Assembly (NCBI GenBank): GCA_964035545.1
Contig: CAXIUT010000205.1
Coordinates: forward strand, 1,007-65,006
Reading direction: 5' to 3'
Length of the DNA: 64,000 bases
From: Bugula neritina
Taxonomy: Eukaryota; Animalia; Bryozoa
Made by a program: the position numbers and the translations under genes. Position 1 is the first letter of the stretch. Each line of letters opens with the position of its first letter. The notes under the pieces are model-generated. The model had not been told where the DNA came from and made no database searches. It saw only the letters and a list, made by a program, of their open reading frames with translations. Positions 23,579-35,806 of this stretch are shown piece after piece.

Positions 23579-26500
23579 ATGTCGATGTCTAATACTATAT
23601 CTCTAAGACAGTTTTTTATATGAAATTCTAATTGATTTTGTGATTTTAATTATTATAATTTAGTTTTTGAGGATATCAAGATCTCTAAATATTTGAATGA
23701 TATATTTTATAATTTTGGGTTACCTACAAGTAATTTTATTATAAAAAGATATATTAATCAAATGATTATACAATCGAATATACATTTTAATTTTTTATAT
23801 AAAAAAGTACATCTTAAGATTCAAAGATTAAAATATCTTTTTAGAAGACATAAAAAATTTTCATTAAATAACTTTCTATTAAAAAAAAACACTTTTTTTA
23901 TTTTTAGAGAATATTTACATTTTTTTTTTGAATTTTTTTTTTTAAAATCAAAATCTTTAAGTTGAAACATTAAAGATTTTTTTAATTTTAACTTTGTTTA
24001 TTTTAAGTTTAAAAAAAATAAAGTTATAGATTTGTTTTATAATTCTTTTTGTAATAAAAGAAAGAAATTAAAAAAACTATTTTTTGATTCTTTATTAAAA
24101 TTAAAGACTCTTAGAAATAGTAAACAAATTAGATTTTTTGTTTTGAAATATATATTTCTTTTAAAAAACCATTCCGACTTTTCAGAAAAAAGTATTCAAG
24201 TACAAAACAAGTCTAAAAGACGTCTTAAAGTGTTTAATACTAGTCTTGTTAGAAACCAGCTAAAAAACACGACTTATTTCTTCGACTTTATTCCTTATAC
24301 CGATTATACTATTCTTCGAACACCTATTAAAAGTTTCTCTGTTAATTTCGATATAAAGTTGAAAGATATTCTATTTGAACCTTTCCAATTAAAAGAGACT
24401 ATTTTAGTTAATAGCAGGTTGTTTTTTAGTAATAAGTTATTATTTAAACACAACGATAAACCAAATAACAATTACAAGGTACATAGTACAAATAAATCAA
24501 ATAGCAGTTATAAAGCATATAACAATAATACGCAAACACATTCTTTTAAAGGAGATAATAGGTACAATAGAAAAAACCACTTCAAAGCTAGACGGTATAA
24601 ACGTAAGTTTATACCTGCTACTCGTCAGCATAATAATGATAACAAGTATAAAACGTTTAGTGCTTTTAAAAAAGCAGTAGATAATATATTTAATAATAAA
24701 ATAGATCTATTAAAGAGACTAATACGTAATAAGTCTAAGTACAATCAGTTATTTCTAAAAAAACCAAATACTCATAAAACTTTTTTCAATTGAAAAAAAA
24801 TGAAAACGCCGGCGTTTTTATCTTTTTTCAATTATACTTCTAAAAAGAGTGTCTTTAAAAGTACAAATAACATATTGTGTTCTCTTCTAATATCAGTATT
24901 ACTTTTTTTCTTTATATATTCAAAAAATGAAAGCTCTAATTTAAGAGCTTTCCAGAGAGTATTTAATAACTATAAACAGTTTATAGTAACTTATATAAAA
25001 TCTAATAGTGTATTTTACTTAAAAAAACCTTCTCACTTTTTAAAATATTATAATACTTCAAATAAACACTTCCACAGAAAAAAATTATCAAAAAATAAAA
25101 AGGTACAATTACCTTTTTATTTTTTTAAAAGATATTACAATTATGTTATGACATTGTGTGCACTTGACACGAGTATAAAAAAAACATTTTATTATAAATA
25201 TGTTTTCAATGTACAAGATTTGTTATACTTATATAATGATAATACCTTTTATATACAGAAGAATATCGTTTTCTTTAATAGTGCTCTTAGGCACTTTATT
25301 TTATCTATGAATTTAGATAATGTGTATTACACAACTCTTATTTTTTTTTTTAAAAAAAAATTTAAATTATTTAAAAAACCTCTTTCTATAAAATGTTATT
25401 TTTTAAAATATCTAAATTCTTATATGAATAATACTAATTTGTTAATGTTATTATTAGTCATGGATAATTTAAAGAACGTACATGTTTATAAAAACATTCT
25501 TTTATATAAACGTTTTAAAAATAATGTATATATAACATATAAGTACTCTAACTCTATTAAGAACAACTCGGTGGATAAAACAATGTGAAAGTTTCACGCA
25601 AGGTATACTATTTTTAATAAATATGTACATATTAACAATGCTTATTTAAAATTACTTGATTTTAAAACCACATTTGCGTTTTTTCAAGATTTAACAACGT
25701 ATTTAAAAATGAATATAAATTGGATTTTTAATAAGAACAAATATTTTTCTTATAGTATAAATTTATTAAATAATATAGTTATACACAAAACAACTAGTAA
25801 TATCTCTAGATTAGACAGTAATGTGTTTTATAAAGAAAATTCGTTCAAAAGATTTAACTATTTTAATAGCTTTATAATAAACAACAACCTTTTCGAATCC
25901 ATGTATAAGCACTTTCGACCTTGTTCTGAAGACAAGTTTAGTGCTAGTACTTTAGATAAGTACAACTATTTGATATACTTGTTTAGTACTCATGGCTCTT
26001 TGAATACACATTTAAAAAAAGTAATTGTGTTTTTTAAAAAAAATACATTACTTTTTAATTGGTTTAATAAGATAATAGTAACAAACATCTTTAAAAATGT
26101 TTTTTATGTATTTAAAAATGTATTATTTTTAACTTTAAAAAAAATGAAAATTAATAGGAATATATTTTATAAAAACAATGTCTTATTAATTTTCAACTAT
26201 TTTATTAATAACTATATTGTTAATAAGGTTATACACAGATATTATAACAACTACAACCTATTTAGTAGTATATATTTATGTTATAATAGTAATTTCAATT
26301 TTAAAAATTATATAGAAGATATAACATTACTATTTACAATGAAAAACAATACCTTTTCTTATTATTATTTAAAATATATAACTTTAAATTTGTTTTATTT
26401 TTTTTATAGTCTTGAATCTACTATTTCTATTTATAGTAATCAAAATTGTTTTTTACTATTAATATATAATTTTAAAACTATAAATTTTTTTAATAGTGCT

Positions 26501-26908
26501 AAAATATTATGTGAATTTATTACACTACATTTAAAAAAGAAAATGACAATTAGAAAAGTGTTTTTTTTTATAAAAAAAAAACAGAGGTCTGAAATGTATC
26601 GAAAAAATACACTCATTAGAGATAGAAAGAACAAATTTGTTAAAAACTTTTTTATAAATTATAGATTTCCTTTAAAAGGTATACGTGTCTTATATTCAGG
26701 TAATCTAAAAAAAGCTAAAAGAAAAAAAAAAATTAGTTATTTTGTATGACTATCAAATATATTGTATAGTGGTAAAATGCCTTTTAGACAATTCAAATAT
26801 TATATTGATTATCATAAAAGATCAGTTTTCTTAAAGAATGCTAGTGTAGGTATTAAAGTATGGTTGTTGTATAATATTTATAAAAAAAAAAACATAGATG
26901 TCGAATAA
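23579..26908 (+). CDS. rps3: giant ribosomal protein S3 (1109 aa)
   Basis: N-terminal NTISLR...(W)NSN(W); C-terminal LKGIRVLYSG, GKMP, IDY, GIKVW. One frame joined only by TGA codons. Confidence 0.88.
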
Positions 26909-27281
26909 CTCTTTTATAAGTTCATTTAATATAGGTACACTTTCAAATAAACTGTTTATAAATATTCGTTTAAATAGTAGAAATATAAGATTATGTAAAT
27001 CCTTATATTTAAATAATCTTATTAGTTCTTATAACTATAATTACAAATCGAAACAAATGAGATTATGTTTTAACCCGATTATCTTTCATAATAAAATGAG
27101 TACTATTAAACAAGTCTCTAAAGCGAGTAGAAAAGTTAATATATCAATAAAACAATTAAACAGATGAAAATATAGTAAAAGTCGTTTTTTTATATTATCT
27201 ACTGACAAAGGTATTTTAACAAGTAGTGAAGCATTAGCTTATGGTATTGGGGGTGAGTTACTTTTTATATTTAAATATTAA
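26898..27281 (+). CDS. rps8: ribosomal protein S8
   Basis: IKQVSKASRKV, ILSTDKGILTSSEA...GIGGELL. Confidence 0.93.
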
Positions 27282-27781
27282 TGTTTAATTATTATTTATT
27301 TAATAAAAATGATTTTTTTTTTTATAAAGAAGCTAATGTTTTCTTATTTTACACTCGTTTAGGAATTGTTAAAATAAAAAAACATGAGTTAATGAATATG
27401 TTTATTAAAAACTATTTTTACTATCTATATAATTTGTCTCTTTTTACATTTAATTTTTTTAAAAGTTTCATAAAAACTATTAATTTCGGACACATTAATA
27501 AATTAAAAATGGTAGGTATAGGTTATAAACGTTTCTACAATAATAATTTCGTTACTTATAAACTAAGATATAGTCACTTAATATATAAAACAATACCGTT
27601 TAATCTCCTAACATTTAAGAAAAAAAAAAAAAGAAAGTGAACTTCTTTCTTTAGTTTGAATAAAGAAATTAATAATACTTTTTTTTATAAAGTTTTATTA
27701 TATAGAGTTTCAAACGTCTATACTAAAAAAGGTTTTTTTAAAATACATCAAAAAGTGAACTTTAAAAAAGCCATTCTTTAA
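27281..27781 (+). CDS. rpl6: ribosomal protein L6
   Basis: KLKMVGIGYK, LRYSH, YR..NVYTKKG; follows rps8 with a TAATG overlap. Confidence 0.85.
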
Positions 27782-27792
27782 CGAAAATAACT

Positions 27793-28200
27793 ATGTCCGA
27801 AGAGAACATTATTCAAACTATATCATATATTAACAGTATCAATACTAATGGCTCCACTTCATGTATTTTAAAAAAAAAAAAAACTTTCTTTTTTCATTAT
27901 GATGGTAATTTTTTAAATTGTACCTTTTCCAGTGTAACATCTAAGACATTATCTTCTTTAACAAAAGATACCTTTTTAAAAAGCTATATGTACTTTTTGC
28001 CATTTTCTTCTATGACTATTGCCGAGTACCACTACTTTTCTACACATATCGCTTCTATATTAAAAAACGTATGCCTTTTTGAAAAAAAATTTCATTTATT
28101 TTTAAATTATACATACGGTTTCATTGAAAGTAATTTTCAAAATTTAAATAATATTATTTATTATAAAAATATTTTAATATCTGATATTTTTTTTTATTAA
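27793..28200 (+). CDS. orf135, unknown (faint bL31-like INTNGST segment)
   Basis: Clean ATG-TAA ORF within the ribosomal protein cluster. Confidence 0.5.
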   Translation: MSEENIIQTISYINSINTNGSTSCILKKKKTFFFHYDGNFLNCTFSSVTSKTLSSLTKDTFLKSYMYFLPFSSMTIAEYHYFSTHIASILKNVCLFEKKFHLFLNYTYGFIESNFQNLNNIIYYKNILISDIFFY

Positions 28201-28201
28201 T

Positions 28202-28687
28202 ATGTTAATTAAAAAAAGAATAAAGTTAATTAATTTTTTATACAACGATAAAGTACAATTCATTAGTTTTCTTTCTTTGTGCAATGATAAAAAAAAGGTT
28301 AAAACTGTTTTTAATCTTTTTACTGTTCCAGAATTGGTATTAAAACATCATAGTTGATTATACCTTATTATAGGTAAAAATGAATTATTTGATTATAATT
28401 TTATAATAAAACATTTAAATCTATTAAAGTTATATAAGGACTCTATTTTTTTTTATAAATCTAAATATTTATTTACTTTTAAATTCTTTAAAAATGATTT
28501 AAAAAAGAATTTAAATTTTTTTTTATTTATTACTAAAACAGTAATGTACTGTAATTTGACATTTTTTAAAAAATTGAGGGATTTTTTACTTTTTTTTTTT
28601 TACAAATGAAAGTTATATGTGTTGTTTTTTTTTTTAAATGCATGTTTTTATAAATTATTTATTTATTATAATGTCTTTTTTATCTAA
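28202..28687 (+). CDS. orf161, unknown (size and position compatible with a divergent uL10)
   Basis: ATG 28202 to TAA 28687 with two TGA codons; fills the gap before rps12; missed by the ORF track. Confidence 0.5.
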
Positions 28688-28693
28688 ATAACT

Positions 28694-29092
28694 ATGATTA
28701 CTTTCAGACAATTAATAATGAGATATAAAAGAGTTCCTAAGAAAAGAAAAAGTTTAGTACCTGCATTAGAAAGATGCCCTCATAAACTCGGTACGGTTCA
28801 AGATAGTTTAATTGAAAATCCTAAAAAACCTAATTCTGCTAAAAGATGTGTTTTTCGTTTAAAATTAAAAAATAATCGAATTATCAGAGCTCATATACCT
28901 GGAACTTATAAATTATATAAGAAACAAAAAAAACTTAATAAATTTGGTGTAGCTTTAGTTAGAGGTGGTAGAACACAGGACTTAATAGGTATACGTTATA
29001 AATTAGTGTTATCTAAATTTGATGTGCCAGGTATATGAAAAAGAAGGACTCGAAAAACTAAATTTGTTCGAGATCCATATAGTCCTTGGTAA
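28694..29092 (+). CDS. rps12: ribosomal protein S12
   Basis: PALERCPHK.G, PKKPNSAKR, AHIPG, LVRGGRTQDL.G.RYK. Confidence 0.97.
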
Positions 29093-29270
29093 AATAATAT
29101 TCAATAATTGCTTTTATTTTTATTTGTTGTAATAATCTTACTTTTTATTTGTTGTAATTCTCTTACTTTTTTAAGTATTAATTCGTTATATAATTGGTAC
29201 CATAAAAAGATAATGGACTGTTATTCTTTACTTGACCATTTATTTATACAATTTTTTATATCACTTCCTA

Positions 29271-29420
29271 TAACGTAGTATAAAGTTAGGGAGAGGAGTG
29301 CCTCTCTACATTAGTGTAGACCCCTCCCTAACTTTATACTACGTTAGGCACGAATAAAATTAGGGAGGGGTCTACACTAATGTAGAGAGGCACACCCCTC
29401 CCTAACTTTATTCGTGCCTA
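29271..29420. repeat. GC-rich double-hairpin element (two adjacent, mutually inverted hairpins)
   Basis: Hairpin 1: taacgtagtataaagttaggga...tccctaactttatactacgtta. Hairpin 2: taggcacgaataaa.ttagggag...ctccctaactttattcgtgccta. The two cores are near reverse complements. Confidence 0.9.
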
Positions 29421-29662
29421 GTATAACACATCTTAAAATAAAAAAATGATAATGTTAATCACTTATATTCTTTATTGTTGTAGACCTTCTAATGGGGGTA
29501 GCAGAGAACTATCTCTGTTTTGCCGAGTTATCTCCGCAAGTGACATCTGTATATTGTTTACAAAGGTTTATAAGCTTTTAAAACAATATCAAATGTTTAT
29601 TAAAATCTTTGTAAAACTTCTTCTTTATTTTTTTTTATTAGTTCTTTTTTATAATTACAATT

Positions 29663-30898
29663 ATGGATTTTAAAGTACTGTTCTTATTTTTTATAATTAT
29701 ACCTTTTATATCGAACATGATATATATATGTACTTTTATTCGATATGAGTACATTCTTTTGGTTCACGGTAACGTGGTTGAATACCCGTTACTATGTTGT
29801 ACCATAACATTTGTTACATTCTTACTTCTAGTATTACCCTATTTTATCTATACACACAATGGTAGATTCTTATATTGAACACTCTTTGTGTGTAATTTGA
29901 TAATATACGTAGTATTGACATTATTATTTGTCAAGCTACATTTAAGTAACGTAGGTCCTATTTCCCTATTAGGGGGGGAAATAGTACTTATTAAGATAAT
30001 ACCTTTGGAACATAAAGTGAACTACGTATTCTCTTATTTAGAGACACGTAGTACACAATTAATTGTTCAAAATGATATAAAAGCGTCAAGCTTTTATGTT
30101 GATATATCACCTAAACAATTCATCTATTGTTTAGGTTTAAATGATTTAGATGAGATTAAGAAATCTATTGATATCTTCACTAGTGAAGATATCAATAGAT
30201 ACCTTGATCGCTCTGAAGCAGATTACGCTTCAGAGAACACTTCTTTGTTATCTGTGTTCTCAGATAACTTAGAATCATATAAAATGACATTTTCGTCTTG
30301 AGATACAGATGTTAAACTGTTACTCATTATGAGTGCAGTTACATTTGTAACATTCTTAGCGTACCTTTACGTACGCTCTGATGGCTCTCATGGCTCTCAT
30401 GAAGACAAAACCTGTTCCGAACCAGTAATTCGTTCGGAACCAGTTATTAGTTCGGAACCAGTAATTGGTTCGGAACAGGTAAAGAATATTAGTTTAAATG
30501 GTGACCCTATGGATACTCCTCTTGATTCAGAAACTATTGAGTTTCTAGAGAGTGAGTATCATAATCTTCAAGAGGAAACTGGTATTTCAAATATCAGTAT
30601 TGAAGAGGGTATAATTGCGGAGCATCAAATGCTCCGTGATAGCCATGTTCCATTCATCAAGGAATTCCTTGATGGAAAGGGGGACCCTACTAAGATGAAG
30701 CAACTCTTAGAGTTGTGGGAAACTTGTGGGGGGTCTTTGGAAAACATCTACTATCCTCTTAAGAGGGAGATGTTTTTTCTAAGTTCAGATATCTCTGCTA
30801 AGCAGGAATGTCTGCTAAGCAGGAATGTCTGGATAACTACCAACCCTTGAGTCCCCCTGAAGGGTTATCAGAAGACCTGGTGAGCCAGGATATGATAA
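29663..30898 (+). CDS. orf411, unknown membrane protein with acidic tail; C-terminus frameshifted by a 17-nt duplication
   Basis: Track ORFs 29663, 29888 and 30329 share one frame via TGA; SEPVI repeats; tandem tctgctaagcaggaatg at 30794-30827. Confidence 0.65.
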
Positions 30899-31049
30899 AC
30901 GTTCTGACATTGGATAAGGCAATCTTATCTTATACAGAACGTTTAGATAAAATAAACATGTTATTAGAAATTCTGGGAACTATCTCAGACTTATTTTAAC
31001 TGTTTGTTTCTTCACGTTTAAACTATATATATTTGTCGTCGTAGAAATG

Positions 31050-31120
31050 ACTCCTATAGCTTAAAGTAAAAGCAACATACTTTACATCTGTAGATAGTGG
31101 TGCGAAACCACTTGGGAGTA
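31050..31120 (+). tRNA. atypical or degenerate tRNA, identity uncertain (anticodon loop ctttaca; Val-like or UUA)
   Basis: Acceptor actccta/tgggagt, D-stem gctt/aagc, anticodon stem acata/tctgt with one mismatch, T-arm agtgg-tgcgaaa-ccact. Confidence 0.6.
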
Positions 31121-31242
31121 ATACTAAATCTAAATACTAAACTTCATATAAAATGTCTCTTTATAGATATTAATTACCTCTTTAATAAAGAGAAGAATAA
31201 GATAAGGTAAAAAGACTATAAAGTAAATAATTCAAATAAAAT

Positions 31243-31611
31243 ATGTTTAAATATATATTATATACTTATATAAATGTATTTGTTTTTATGGTGTTGTCTT
31301 TAGGTCTATCTTGCATTTTCGTAGGTATTTGTTACTTCTTATCTAAGAGTAGATATAATTTTGAAAAGATCACAAGCTATGAGTGTGGGTTTGATCCTTT
31401 TTCGGATACAAGAGAGCCTTTTGAAATTAAATTTTATTTAATAGCGATTCTATTTATTATTTTTGATGTAGAGATAATCTTTTTTTTACCATGAATTGTT
31501 TGTCAAAAACAATTATTATTATTTGGGTATTATACAATGTATATATTTTTTATAATTTTAATAATTGGATTCTTCTATGAATTTAAAAAATGTTCTTTAG
31601 ATTGAAATTAA
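31243..31611 (+). CDS. nad3: NADH dehydrogenase subunit 3
   Basis: EKITSYECGFDP, FYLIAILFIIFDVEIIFFLP(W). Confidence 0.97.
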
Positions 31612-31613
31612 GT

Positions 31614-32591
31614 ATGTGTGTGTTTTTTTTTCTAGAAAAATTAAGTTTTTTTTTTATAACAATAATATTTGTTTTATTATGTATCGCGATATTTACCTTG
31701 GTAGAAAGGAAAGTAATGGCGAGTGTACAAAGAAGAAAAGGCCCGAATATCACAGGTCTATTCGGATTCCTTCAACCCTTTGCAGATGGATTAAAATTAT
31801 TATTAAAAGAAATAATAATACCGTCTAACAGTAATATATTTGTTTTCCTAATATCCCCCATTTTAACTTTATTTTTTACAATTTTTTTATTTTTTATGGT
31901 GCCTTTTTCTCCAGGTTATATTGTTTTAGAATCGCCCTTTTCAATACTGTTTTTATTAGCAATATCATCATTAAGTGTACATGGTATCATATTTTCAGGT
32001 TGGTCAAGTAATTCTAAATATGCCTTTTTAGGTAGTATTAGATCAGTATCTCAAATGATTTCATATGAAATTTGTCTAAGTACTATATTTATAGGTGTTA
32101 TATTATTAAGTGGTTCTTATTCATTAATAGATCTAGTATACTATCAAGAACATGTTTGGTTTATAGTACCTCTATTCCCCTTATGGGTATTATTTGTGAT
32201 TGTTTCTTTAGCTGAAACCAATCGTGCACCTTTTGATTTGCCTGAAGCCGAAGCCGAATTAGTAGCTGGTTATAATGTAGAATATTCTTCTATTTTGTTT
32301 GCAATGTTTTTTTTAGCAGAATACGGTAATATTTTAATAATGTGTTCTTTATCGACTATATTTTTTTTAGGTGGATGAAATAGCATTTTTTTTTTTAGTA
32401 CTTATTTTTCTTTTGCTTTAAAAGTAAGTTTTCATGTTTTTTTGTTTTTATTAGTTAGATTCGCGTATCCAAGATATAGATACGATCAATTAATGAAAAT
32501 ATGTTGAAAAACGATACTCCCATTATCTTTTTTTTTTATCCTCTTAGAAGCATCTGTAATGCTTGCTTTTAATATTTTTCCACATATATAA
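31614..32591 (+). CDS. nad1: NADH dehydrogenase subunit 1
   Basis: ERKVMASVQRRKGPN, QPFADGLKL, AETNRAPFDLPEAEAELVAGYNVEY, PRYRYDQLM. Confidence 0.98.
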
Positions 32592-32594
32592 TTG

Positions 32595-33557
32595 ATGCTT
32601 TTAAAAAGTATTTATAATTGTTTATATTATTCGAGTCAAAATAGAGAACTCTTTACTGTTATTTGTACTTTGGGCTCTTCTAAGAAGAATAAAGAAATAC
32701 TTAATTACATATTTTTTTATATATATTCCAATGCAATATTATTAAAGTACCTCACTGATAAAGAAGATGAGAATAAAGTAAAGTATTTCAAAGACCCTTT
32801 TTTATTGGGTAATGCGATTAGTAATAACGTAGTATTTTTGAATTTTGATATACAGCTTAAAAATAATTATTTTTTTTGACATTTCTTTTCTAATGATTAT
32901 TTAATTAGATCTTTTCTAAATGTAATTATGAATAGTGGTAAAAAGTACAACACTTATAATATAATCTATAAATCGTTTTATTTTATAAAAAAGCTAATAG
33001 GTATTCAACCTATATTACTTTTAAAAAAATTTCTATATAAGTACAGGTTTTTATTTAATATACACTACATAACTTTAAAATACAAAGTTATAACTTTACC
33101 TAAATTACTTTCTGTAAAAAGTCAAATAAATAGATCAATAAAGTATATACTTAACACTTTGAAGTTCAAAAGTTTAAAAATAAAAAGTAACAACAAGCAC
33201 ATATCTTTCTATAAAAGAATAAGTTATTTAGTATTGAATTTTTTTCTAAATAACTTTGTTTTTAAAAAAACAATTCAAAGACAAAGAGAACAGTTATTGA
33301 GAAATAAATATGTATTCTTCAAAGAAGAACATAAAAATAAATATATTACTAATGATGAGATTAATTCTAAAAAACCAAGATTATTTAAAATGAGAAAAAC
33401 TAAATTCAGACAACGTTCTATAAATAAATCTTATAAAATAAAAAATAATAGAATAAAATATTTAAACACACCTTTTTTGATAAAAAATGATTTTTTAATA
33501 ACAAATCATCAAATACATATATTATCAAAAAAAAAAATAAAATCGAAATGAATTTAG
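32595..33557 (+). CDS. rps7: ribosomal protein S7 (extended, 320 aa)
   Basis: SFLNVIMNSGKKY...IIYKSF and LPKLLS...QINRSIKYI match uS7; track ORFs join through TGA. Confidence 0.75.
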
Positions 33558-33581
33558 CTCTTCAAAATTAACAATATTATT

Positions 33582-33637
33582 ATTTATTTTATTTTAATTT
33601 ATTTTAAGTTCTTAAAATAAATTAAAATAAAATAAAT
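33582..33637. repeat. 27-bp perfect AT-rich inverted repeat between rps7 and nad9
   Basis: atttattttattttaatttattttaag-tt-cttaaaataaattaaaataaaataaat. Confidence 0.8.
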
Positions 33638-33662
33638 TAAAATAAATAAATTAATTAACAAA

Positions 33663-34259
33663 ATGATTTATTCTTACCTCTCACAAATATATCCAAAATC
33701 TTTTTTAAAACATGTAAATTCTTTTAATACAAATCTTAATTTATTTACAAATAAAAATGTAGTTATTAAGAATAGTAAAACAAATCTTTACATAAAACAC
33801 ACTATTTTAAATAATTTTTTATATTTTTTATCTAAACATATGAATACCTCTTTGACACTATTTGTAGATTTGAGTGCGTCAGATTATCCTAATAGTATAT
33901 ATAGGTATTTATGTGTTTATAATTTATCATCTTTCTTTTATAATATGAGAGTTACTTTAAAAGTACCATTAAAAAAAAATTACATACATTCTATAACCCA
34001 TTTATACCATTGTGCGTCTTGATTTGAAAGAGAATGTTGAGATTTATTTGGTATTTTTTTTTTGAATAACATAGACTTACGTCGTTTATTATGCGATTAT
34101 GGCTTTTCAGGGCATCCATTGAAGAAAGATTTTCCGCTTAGTGGCTTTTTTGAAATATATTTTTCATTATCTTCTAATTTAGTAGATTATAAATATATAA
34201 AAATGATCCAAGAATTTAGATTTTTTAATAACCAGTCTCCTTGGAAATACTATATATAA
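33663..34259 (+). CDS. nad9: NADH dehydrogenase subunit 9
   Basis: DLSASDYP, (W)FEREC(W)DLFG, DLRRLLCDYGFSGHPLKKDFPLSG, QEFRFF...SPW. Confidence 0.97.
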
Positions 34260-34306
34260 ATATTAATATTTAAATATTCATAGTACAAGGCAATTATATA
34301 TTAGTG

Positions 34307-35806
34307 ATGTTGAATTTTATTTTTTTTATACCTGAATTTTTTTTTTTCTTTTCTGTATTATTAGTTTTAATTTACAGTATAAGTTATTCATTATCTAGTT
34401 TTTTAAAATATCCAAATTTATATAAAAATATAATATATTTATCTATTTTATTTCTAGTATATACACTTTTTTTATTTCTTAATCAAAAAGGTGTGTTTTA
34501 CTTCAATATAAATGTGCTATATAAACATAAAGGTAATATACTGTTAGAAACATTTTTTGTATTAATAACAATATTAATATTATTAACAACTTATAATTAT
34601 AATACAAATTATAAATTAAACTCATTTGAATATGTGATTCTTTTGTTAATTACTTTAGGTAATTCGTTTCTTTTTGTTAACTCTATGAACTTAGTTTTTT
34701 TATTTATATTGTTGGAATTACAAAACATCAGTATTAGCATTTTAATTGCTCTTAGTAGGTATAGTAGGTATTCTATAGAGGCAAGTATAAAATACTTTAT
34801 ACTATCTTCTTTCTCTTCTTTATTATTATTATTCGGTATTTCTATACTCTATGGATGTACTGGCTTTTTATCAATACATGATGTATTTCTACTTTTAAAC
34901 TCTTTTAATTCTATAGAAAATTCTTTAGTAATAATTAGCATAAACTTAAGTGCTCTATTTTTATTAATAGGTCTTTTATTTAAGATGTATAGTGTACCAT
35001 TTCATTTATGGGTACCTGAAGTATACTCTTCCACTACAACAAATGTATTAATATACATTTCAACAATACCATTAATAGTTATGATTTTTTTTTTTTTAAA
35101 AATATATTTTTTTATTTTCTCAGACCTATTCGAATTAAAAAGTTTAATTTTTAATCTGATAGGTATTCTCACATTATTCATAGGTACAATAGGTACTTTG
35201 TGACAAACTAATATAAAAAAACTCTTAGGTTATAGTACTATTACTATTAATGGTTTTTTTATATATTCATTGACCTTTTCAAATATGGAGTTGTTAGAAT
35301 TAAGTATAATGTATATTTTAGTATATATACTAACTGTACTTTTATTTCTTGTGTTACTTTTAAATACACGATTGTGTAGTGTTAATACACAAAACAAACA
35401 ACATAGCAGTAATACTATCAATACTATTTATGATCTTTTCGATTTAAAATCATACAATAAAAGACTTTTTAATTTGTATTTATTAAAAATATTTTCACTT
35501 TCTGGTATACCACCTTTCATTGGTTTTTTAAGTAAATTATTTTGATTAAAATTATTTGCAATAGAATATTTTATATTTTTTTTTATTTTCATTTTTGTCT
35601 TTTTAATAAGTTTCTATAATTATATCAGATTATTAAAAAATACAACATCGAAATCAAATAAGAGTAAATTTAAATATCTTTCATTTAATCATAACATATT
35701 CTATCTTTTTTTTATTGTACAATATTTTTTAATATACTGTATTTTTAATAGTGACTTTTTAATGGCTTTTATTAAACTTATTTTCTTTTCTACTATCTTG
35801 ATATAA
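34307..35806 (+). CDS. nad2: NADH dehydrogenase subunit 2
   Basis: EASIKYFILSS, FKMYSVPFHLWVPEVY, IKKLLGYST, SLSGIPPFIGFLSKL. Confidence 0.95.

Noticed and set aside
29446-29673. 75-aa ORF after the double hairpin
   Set aside because: Short, overlaps the start of orf411 and has no recognisable features; cannot be supported as a gene.
31616-31828. Alternative-frame + strand ORFs inside nad1 (31616) and atp1 (51717)
   Set aside because: Fully nested out of frame within highly conserved genes; expected by chance.
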